Assembly (NCBI GenBank): GCA_964016885.1
Contig: OZ024746.1
Span: 5,766,001-5,830,000, forward strand
Direction: 5' to 3'
From: Eledone cirrhosa
Lineage: Eukaryota
Length of the DNA: 64,000 nucleotides
In this document: positions 54,204 to 64,000 of the stretch, piece by piece
Layout: every line of letters starts with the position of its first letter
Position numbering within the stretch: the stretch's first letter is position 1
Notes under the pieces: generated by a model
Seen by the model: only the letters and a program-made list of their open reading frames with translations
Databases searched by the model: none
Told to the model about the DNA's origin: nothing
Program-made: the position numbers and the translations under genes

Positions 54204-54395
54204 GGGCGGTGGATTGGTAGTATCGGTAGAGGGTCGGACGCCATGCTTTGATGCATAGAGTTACGGCCCTTGCCATTCTGAGTTCAAATCCCGCCGAGGT
54301 TAACTTTGCCTTTCATCCTTACGGGGTCGATACAATAAAGTACCAGTAATGCACTGGGTAATTGCTGGCCTTGTACCAAATATAGAAACAATTAT
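54204..54395 (+). mobile_element. Nin-SINE, short form, full length
   Basis: A/B boxes, Nin core, tail. Confidence 0.9.
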
Positions 54396-55286
54396 TTTCT
54401 TTGATCTACCTTATTGTATTGTTTTTATTTTAGTTCGTTATTTGTTAATTGTGTTGCAAACATCAGTTCTCAGAGATGAAGCTATTCTTTCCTAGCTATC
54501 GATTCTATTTCTAACTATATTTTAGAATGTTATATTAAATTGCTTAGATGTTATTTTTCCTTTTATTCCAAAAACTTTGTTAAAACTGTTGGAGATTTCC
54601 TGTTACAATTACAATTATAAATAATATTGTTGAGTCATTTACAAAACGACCATATCACCTTTTAGTGCAATTAATTCTTACATTGTATGATCAATACCTT
54701 GATACACATAATTATTCTTACAACCCATGTTGATATTATTTTCAGACTAGCTTTTGTTATATCTTTTAAAAGAACAACTTGTTTAATGACAATTTACGCC
54801 AATTAAATCTACATTCAGTTATGTAGCTATTTTTTACTCTTCCTGTCCAGTAGCTTGCACATCATATTCATTTGTGCCATATTTATTTCGTATGACGCGT
54901 TACGCAGAATGAACGAAAATACCCATTGATAAATTATAGAAAAATTACTATTAAAACTTTTAGGGTTTTAGATAACATTTTACTTATTTTTTAAATATTT
55001 TCATATTTTCAACAAAACACGTTAAACAAGTAGTTTACATGACATATTTTTTTTGTACTTGTGTCTACTTGTATGGTTGTAAAACTTTTTGGATCCAACT
55101 GCCATATAGAACCATTTACACAAGATTTGCCTTTACCAGTTTAACAATACCAATCTGATTGACTGAATATATTTATTTACTCTTTTGCTGAATTTGTTGC
55201 TGGGTTCAGATAAGAAGGTAAATATGAAACCAACCAATCACATTTAAATATATATATATGTATATATATATATATATGTTTATATG

Positions 55287-55399
<113 letters not shown>

Positions 55400-55456
55400 A
55401 TATATATATATATATTATATATATGTATATATATATGTATATATATATATATATAT

Positions 55457-55544
<88 letters not shown>

Positions 55545-55837
55545 ACATATACATATATATACATACATATACACACATATATATATATGTACACCCGTTA
55601 AAAAGAAATAGTATGTAACTCTGCAAAACATAGACATATGGTTCGAGATCCGAGGTTGATTTGGGGATCTCTTTCGATATTAAATTAATGTTTGCATATG
55701 TACAATGTTTAATATGTTCAATATTAAACATTAACCATTCATTCCTACACGAATTCATATATATATATATAAACATATACACACACAATACACATTCATT
55801 CATATATATATACACACACACACATATATATATATAC

Positions 55838-55882
<45 letters not shown>

Positions 55883-55883
55883 T

Positions 55884-55992
<109 letters not shown>

Positions 55993-56194
55993 TATATATA
56001 TGAAAACATTTAGTTGTGATCTTTACTCTTTCTCTTTTACATTTTCTGGATAATAGAAGTTTCAATAAAAATCTACTGATAAACCTATATGTTGTGTTGG
56101 AAATAGTATTTTTTTATAAATGTTATATTTTTAGTTGTAAAAGCTGATGAGCTGTTGAAAATTGAGTGAGTATCCATTATATTTTGTATTAAAC

Positions 56195-56720
56195 ACTTCT
56201 TCTTCACCCACTTATTCCTGAAATAGTTGTGGAGATACAGTCCTCAAACACGCTCCCCAGTGGGCTCTGTCAGAAGCAACCGTATCCACCTGATCTGACT
56301 GGATCCTCAAGATAAACCAGCCATGCTTATGGATGGTATCCAACTATCTTGCTCCAGGTCTACCTCTGGATCTCCTGTCGGTTGGTTTTGCCAGTAAAAT
56401 CTGTCCAATGATTCTTTCCTGGGTCATTCTAACCATATGCCCATAGTATCGGGTCTGTGATCTCTCAATTCAGAGAAGTTGTGGCTCTACATGGAGTGAC
56501 TGTCTGATCCTCGAGTTACCCACTCTATCGAGTAACATTACACCAAAGTCCCTTCGGAGAAACCACACTTCGGCTGCTTGTATTCGTGATCGTATTCTGT
56601 CACTCATTACCCAAGATTCATAACCGTAGGTAAGGGTTGGCATGAATACTGAACTGAAGATGGTGATTTTAACTTTTACAACGATCTCCCTCCTTTGAGC
56701 CTGGAATCTATAACAGGACT
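56195..56720 (-). mobile_element. RTE-clade LINE 3' fragment
   Basis: FMPTLTYGYESWVMSDRIRSRIQAAEVWFLRR...RYYGHMVRM...RSRGRP...; (GAA)n tail. Confidence 0.88.
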
Positions 56721-58029
56721 GTCTACATTCCTTCATATGACACGAACCAAGTTCCAACTTTGCATATGCAGTTCATGTACTGATGTAAATATTAACACCA
56801 TGTTATGAAATAAATTAAATAAGGATTAAATTCAAATCATAAAAATAACACGAAAGAAGTTACCATTAATACGAACATGGAAATATCATATGGAGCCTAA
56901 TATCCTTGCCTAGAAGTGATTTATCATTTATCTACTTAATTATTCGAAAACGTTAAATAATCAAGTGTTGGCTGACTTGTAAACCCGATGAGGAATGTTC
57001 TATATAACAATTTTTACATCAATGCAAACTAATTATATTTTATTATATAAAAACTTATCCGCCAATATGAAATTTCGAAAAATTGTGCAATGTTTTCTCA
57101 TCGAATAACGAACTATTAATTTAAATCACGATTATAAATTAATCTATTAATACAGAATTATAGACTGGTCTTTAGGCGCCGAACAGGATATATTTTTAAA
57201 ATGCTGTATCTCTCTCCACATCTATTAATAGCCGTTCTCACAGGCCAACTTTATATGTATAAATGCTTATAGTAGATGTGTGGGTAAGTGCATGGAACAA
57301 TTCTGAGAGAAGCTCATTGTGTGTTGTTATGATTTTAGATCTCGACTTTAATAAAGTAATGGACAGTCAGAAACCAATGAAATTTTTCCCAGCATTTAAT
57401 CTCAAATTCTTATTTCAATTCATTCTGGGGTTGATCTGCTTTTTAACATCAAGAGTAGAAAGAATATTCAATAACTATTTAATTGTGTTAACATTTACAA
57501 ATTTCTGACCAACCTATTTCTCTACCAATATCAGACATCCTTTTTAGTAGATCCTGATATATTTATTGTATGTGTTATCTATCTGTTCTAGGATATAACC
57601 CAGACTGTGTCATTTGGGAAAGAGAGCAAAATCCGTATTTTCAGCATTGACGCTTTCTTGAGATAATGGAAATATAAATGAAAGAAAAAGAGAAAAATGT
57701 CTGTTTTTTATCAGCGGGTCATAGTAATGTCGTATGTGTTACACAAGTAATTCTCATATTTCTAAATATTTTTGTCTTGAATTATTATTTCCGTATCATA
57801 GAAATTATCTCTCCATTAGCAATTTCCAAATAACCCGCCCGTTCGAAGCATTTTAGCGAAATTATAATATCATGAACATGCGTAATCGATAGAGATTTGG
57901 CCTCCATAGCGCCAATAAATGTAATTATTGTTCATCAGTCAACTGAAATAGCAATATGTAATGGTGGATTGGAAAAATACAGACGTGTAGTGGCGGAGAT
58001 GTGAAATAAAAATGCGTATTTGCAGAATT

Positions 58030-58360
58030 GATTAGATAATCGTAGAATATAATATTATTTGGAGAGTGTATAGCATGTTACACAATATCCTCTAAATGTG
58101 GGTTAAGTGAAGAGTCCTACTGGCCCCGTATGATGGAGCTTGCTACAGAAAACCTACCGTGATTTTGAGATACCACTTAATAACGAGTCATACCACCAAC
58201 ACCCCCCACCCCGAACCCACAGAAGTTTTCAAAATATATCAGCTTTGAAAGCTAAGAAATTATTGGCTGCTCTAATTTACAGATGTACATCAAGGCACAG
58301 AACTATTGACACCCAAATATATTTGTCCGATCTGCACTTAAGTGGGTACACTTGACATAG
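58030..58360 (+). mobile_element. Possible decayed RTE C-terminal fragment
   Basis: ILFGE...LQKTYRDFEIP...YRCTSRHRTIDTQIYLSD, weak resemblance only. Confidence 0.3.
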
Positions 58361-58908
58361 CGCCTGGAGTTTTTCAGTTTGAAATTAAACAGATATGTAA
58401 CTAGTCGATACTTATATCTGCCCAAATTTTAAAGTATATTCTCTACATCCCTTACTAGCATAGGTAATCCCAAATAAAATACGCATAGAAACTTAAGCCA
58501 TATTTTTTTTAATCGATCACAAATAATTCTAGATACATAATATATTGGAGGACCTCAACTGACAAGTCTCTATAAGAATTCTTAACCAAAGCTGATTTTG
58601 GAATAATAAAATAAAACCCACAATAACAATATTCTGGGATACATCAGCATGAAACCCTAACATAGAACACTACCGTTAGGCACCATCAAACGGTTTTCAG
58701 TCTTTTTTCCTCATCTGTCACTGTTATGATAATATTTGGACTCCATTAAAATGTATGTTTTCACTGTCCCTGTTCACTGTTGAACATCTGTTAAAATACA
58801 AGTGGTTACAATGTTGCACAATCCAACCTCTGCTTAGGTGTGATGTGAAAAACCACCTCCATAATATAAAGAAAGGCAACATGGAAGAATATACAATAGA
58901 AACAATCA

Positions 58909-58920
58909 ATGATGATGATG

Positions 58921-58953
<33 letters not shown>

Positions 58954-59066
58954 ATGAACATGGTGATGATGATGATGATGATGATGACGGCAACAATGAT
59001 GGTGATTACGATGATGATCATGATAAAGATGAGGGTGATGATGATGATTCTGCAAAAGATGATGAC
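58909..59066. repeat. Imperfect (GAT)n microsatellite
   Basis: Direct reading. Confidence 0.95.
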
Positions 59067-59533
59067 GTATCTTCAATAGGATTAAAAAACAAAGAGAGTA
59101 CATCGTAATCTCATCTTGGGTTTCTAATAACTAAACAAATAAAGAGAAATAAAGAAAGAAATCACTAAATAAAAGAAACGGAAAGAGAAAAGCATATTTG
59201 GCAAATGTAAGTGTTGTGCTGACCAACTCTGGGAATCAATTATCGGAAAATGTTTGCAAGCGATATGATAAAAAGAGATGGTCTGCGCGCCAAGACTTCT
59301 GGGTGCATATACATATATACATACTTATATATATATATGTATATATATATTTATATATATATTTATATATATATATATATATGTATGTATATATATATAT
59401 GTGTATATGCATATATATATATATATATATTTATGTATTTATGTATGAATATTTGTATGTTTGTATGCTTGTACATGCCTGTGTGTATTGATGTTTTATA
59501 CATATGTGTAGATATATTTACATACATGTATAT

Positions 59534-59604
<71 letters not shown>

Positions 59605-59605
59605 T

Positions 59606-59679
<74 letters not shown>

Positions 59680-59756
59680 GTATATATATATATGTCCCAA
59701 GGCTGTGATACCATCAACACTATACACACAGTGCTGGCATATCTAAGAACTGACTA

Positions 59757-59812
59757 ACTGCCTGATGAGGTCATAGCCATTCAATGGCTATCATCGAAAT
59801 ATATATAGCAGT
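59757..59812 (+). ncRNA. Minimal type I hammerhead ribozyme (family I element 59694-59858 in (TA)n)
   Basis: ACTGC-CTGATGA-GGTcATAGCCAT-tca-ATGGCTATcATC-GAAA-T-atat-A-TA-GCAGT: 5-bp helix I, long helix II, 2-bp helix III with palindromic loop, AUA triplet. Confidence 0.85.
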
Positions 59813-59858
59813 AAATAAAGGATTATGAGTTCATGCAATTGACTTATGTTTCGTCACT

Positions 59859-59965
<107 letters not shown>

Positions 59966-60112
59966 TATATATACATATATATATATATATTAATATATAT
60001 ATATATATATTTATTAAAAACCCCATTATCAGGCTAAAATTTCTTTAGTCAAAAATACGGTGAAAGCTAATCTATTTTCTAATTTCAAACCTGCTCACTG
60101 TTTCAAAACATA

Positions 60113-60298
<186 letters not shown>

Positions 60299-60660
60299 TG
60301 TGTGTGTATGTGTGTGTGTGTAGAAAATATGCTTATGTTTGAAAAAGGAAAATAGGCCTGGGAGAGAGGGCAGATATATTATAATATTTATGTTCATACA
60401 AGGAACAAAAGCTCTTCCTAAGGTTTCAAGGCCAGATATTGACCATATCTCCAGATTGTAAGTGGGATCAAGATTGTGACCTATTCTTCAAGCACTTAAA
60501 CGAGTTTTTACGTTACCGTTAAAACTATAACGTGCTAAAGAAAATATAAGAATAGTAGGGTGTAATTATAGGGAGATTTGGCTGCCATTTAAGACAGTAA
60601 GATATGTGTTGAGGGAAATTTGGCTGCTAATTCTAGCCATTTCCTAAGAATACGTACTCT

Positions 60661-60790
60661 GAAAGGCACGAGACCCAGTGGCTAGGGCATGGGACTGAAG
60701 GGCAAAATGCCGTGGGTCGATTCCTGGACCGGGATGTATGAACAAAATACTTTATTTTGTTGTTGCTTCTTCTACCAAGAGTTGTGACCG
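60661..60790 (+). mobile_element. Degenerate CORE-type SINE
   Basis: CCCAGTGGCTAGGGCA head and GGGTCGATTCC B-box-like motif; resembles 5027-5234. Confidence 0.45.
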
Positions 60791-60870
60791 GCGAATAATA
60801 TCAGCATATATACATGTGTGTGCTTATGGGTGTATATATATATATGTATAAACACATTCACTCACACACA

Positions 60871-60964
<94 letters not shown>

Positions 60965-61379
60965 AACACACACAGACATATATATGTATAATGTATATAC
61001 GTATATACATACGCTTACATATGTATGTTTGTACATATATGCGTATATATATATATATCTGTGTATCGATATATATATATATATACGTATATATGTTCAA
61101 ACATACATATGTAAGAGTATGGATATATGTGTATATATATATATTGTGTATTTCTTAGATGTCTCAATGTTATAATGGTAGATTGTATCAAAGACATTTC
61201 AAGTGACATTGAAATATGTTTTCTTTAATAGAATATTTTTTTATGAAAGCTGCGCGCGTGCGTGTGACCATGGGTGTGTATGCTTGAAAGTAAATCTGTG
61301 AGGGTTTGATGAGAAATTTATTAATGGTGCACGTGGCTGGTATATTGATTGGTAATTTGGGTACAAGGCCAGAAAATAT

Positions 61380-61870
61380 GGTGGCAGACATCTATTTCAA
61401 CAAACGTTGAACGTCAATTGCATGTGAAGGCACTTGTAATTGAAACGTTAGAGTAGTCTATGCCGTCAAAGAATATGCTACTGATCGATGAGTTGAATGT
61501 TGTGAGTGATACATGGCAAAATATGTGAAGGGTGTACAATTTCCAAACAAGATTGTTTGGAGCAATGAGGCCACATTTGAATGGCTCCGTTAATTAACAT
61601 TATTGCTCGTACTGAGCGCCTCAGAACCAACGTCTCATTAACTCACCAAGTGTTGCTGTGTGTTGTAGAGTATCTACACCTGGAGTAATTGGACCAGTGT
61701 TTTCCAAAAGAGCAGTCACTGGTCCCACCTTTCATGATTTGCTGTGGTAATCCATCATGCCGCGAATTCAAAAGCAACATGGACATGATTTTTACTTTCA
61801 ACAAGATGGTTTCCCACCTCCCTTCTATAAGAATGTGAAGTCATATATTGACGTAAAACTGAGCGAAGAG
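61380..61870 (+). mobile_element. Tc1/mariner-superfamily transposase pseudogene fragment
   Basis: FPNKIVWSNEATF...NGSVN...GVIGPVF...AVTGPTF...FYFQQDGFPP with stops and frameshifts. Confidence 0.85.
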
Positions 61871-62223
61871 GTACCCTTCTATTTATTTCTTATGCACATT
61901 TCTATCACTCACATCTAAATTTACATGCATACAAACAAACATATACACACAAACACACAAACACACACACATATCCTCAAACACACACACATGCTCGTTG
62001 CACAGAAGCACGTATCCACACAAAATTACATATAGCTAACTAAATAAGAAGCTAGATAGATAGATGTAGGAATGTACTTGTGCGAAATTTACTTATCTAT
62101 GAATGATTTGAGAACCTATGTATATGAAGATGTATATGAAGATGTATGTATGTATTATGTATGTATGTATGATTGTATGCATGCATGCATTTATCTATAT
62201 ATCTATCTAACTATCTATATATA

Positions 62224-62290
<67 letters not shown>

Positions 62291-62324
62291 TTATCTGTCT
62301 ATCTATCTATCTATCTATCTATTA

Positions 62325-63230
62325 TATCTCACCGACCAACCGGTGTGGGAACCGTTTGTGAGACTGGCCTTCCCACAACTTGTCTCACTGATGGAGCTGC
62401 AGTCCTGGGTGAATCGAAGACCGAAGAAGATGGGCGCCTGGCACATTGAATGCGCCCAGGCGCTCACAATCCTCTGTCAAGCGGGAACAGCAATCAGTGG
62501 AAACTCCACTTCGACATTCTATAGAGGATTAGTACTTTACAAGTGCGACGGCGTACTCGGGAGACTCTAGGAGTCGAAGACGACGAGCTCATCAGTCTGT
62601 TCGGTAGGACTTTCCGCCCTGGACCTATGGACAACTTCCAGAGTTCCCTGGCCCGGCAGTGCTACCAATTGTACACTGCCCGGGCGTAAGCGACCTGTGG
62701 AACTATGCAGAACAACTGCTGTCGCGTATGGGACACATCCAGTTGACTGCCGAGTCCATAGTAAGAATCAAACCGCCAGCCTCTTTCAAAAACGAAAGAG
62801 AGGCGGTTTTCCTCTGTACAGTGGCTATGGTGAAAGAGGTTATAAGGTAGATGAGATTGAGAGGACTGAGGACAGATGCCTTTCTCTCCGGACAACAATT
62901 GATTCCATTCTTTAAGTATCACTTTAGAAGGAGAATCAGAGTGGAGAGAGAGGCACTGCACGCCAGGAAATTTACTGAGAGGTGGGTGAATGAAGCGAAA
63001 ATGGCCCGAGTGATTGGGCCTTCTCTTTTTATAAGCCTGTAGGTTAAAGTTGAGGGTTGTTCTATCGACGGGGTATTAAACAACCCATTTGTGGCGCTTT
63101 CCCCCATATTGGGGATTTCGATTGTTATAATTGTTTGTTTCAATATTTTTACACGACTGTATGTAAAATCCCCGGCATGTGTCTTTGTATTGTCCCCTTT
63201 TCTTGTACGCCCTTGTAGCAAATAAAGAAA
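62325..63230 (+). mobile_element. Tx1/L1-clade LINE 3' end inserted in (TATC)n
   Basis: MDNFQSSLARQCY...HCPGVSDLWNYAEQLLSR...FFKYHFRRRIRVERE...KFTERWV; 3' UTR ending AATAAAGAAA; (TCTA)n on both sides. Confidence 0.75.
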
Positions 63231-63232
63231 TA

Positions 63233-63281
<49 letters not shown>

Positions 63282-63636
63282 CTATATATATATATCTATA
63301 TGTGCCCCTGTGGCTAATAAAGAAACATATCTATCTATCTATCTGTCTGTCTATATGTATACATGCTCCAAAAAACCTACATTCAATGTAAATATTAGAG
63401 TAGTATTTGCTTTATTTACAATTGAGCTTCTTCTGAGATAATCGAATAGTAAGAGATATTATTTATGTTATGACATATAATTATAGGAGATTTGACAATG
63501 TAATTTGTTACCTCCATCACATTGCCACAGTGATGGAAGAAAGGGAAACTATTTTCACTCAATCTAATACATATTTACGCAGACACACATCACGTATATA
63601 TATATATAATTATATATATATAATTATATATATATA

Positions 63637-63712
<76 letters not shown>

Positions 63713-63716
63713 TATA

Positions 63717-63757
<41 letters not shown>

Positions 63758-64000
63758 ATGTGTCTGTCTGTATGTTCAACACTTGAAAGATATGTACCTG
63801 GGTCATATTCACTAAATAAAGGTGGTGCCCCAGAATGGTCGCAATCACAAAACTGGAGCTAAATAAACAATAAAAGAATACAGACATACACACACACACA
63901 TATGTGTGTGTGCGTGTATGCATATATCTATAACTATATAAATATATACATATATATGTATATATATACATATATATATATACATATATATATTTATATA

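Noticed and set aside
56144-56175. CTGATGA-gctgtt-GAAA hammerhead-like core
   Set aside because: No helix I or helix III pairing
56985-57080. CCGATGAGG motif
   Set aside because: Core mismatch and no closing helices
58755-59108. Poly-Asp ORF (poly-His/Ile on the other strand)
   Set aside because: (GAT)n microsatellite with no splice or homology support

Overview
Eukaryotic, very AT-rich, microsatellite-dense DNA. The SINE, LINE and (TA)n content suggests an octopod cephalopod, which is an inference. The window is mostly intronic/intergenic. Only one convincing host exon is visible: 29647-30140 (+), whose M3 / long loop / M4 / stop layout resembles a divergent Cys-loop (nAChR-like) channel subunit, with weak candidate upstream exons. 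The rest comprises about 14 copies of a tRNA-derived Nin-domain SINE, decayed RTE, R4/Dong-like, Tx1-like and Tc1/mariner fragments, two MITEs and two large satellites (48-bp unit, ~3.1 kb; 45-bp unit, ~9.7 kb with a ~3.3-kb internal duplication). The most interesting signal is a set of at least 8 unrelated short non-coding element families, mostly inserted in (TA)n tracts, that carry hammerhead ribozyme motifs. Three hammerheads look intact (8257, 16355, 59757). In three unrelated families the element is a palindrome whose axis lies in hammerhead helix II, with the CUGANGA half replaced by an inverted copy of the 3' half. Four families also share a covarying hairpin about 45 nt from their 3' end. 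These look like Penelope-like/retrozyme termini integrated by ribozyme-hairpin fold-back, although no Penelope ORF is present here. Almost all ORFs in the supplied track are repeat artefacts. All calls were made by eye, without database searches.
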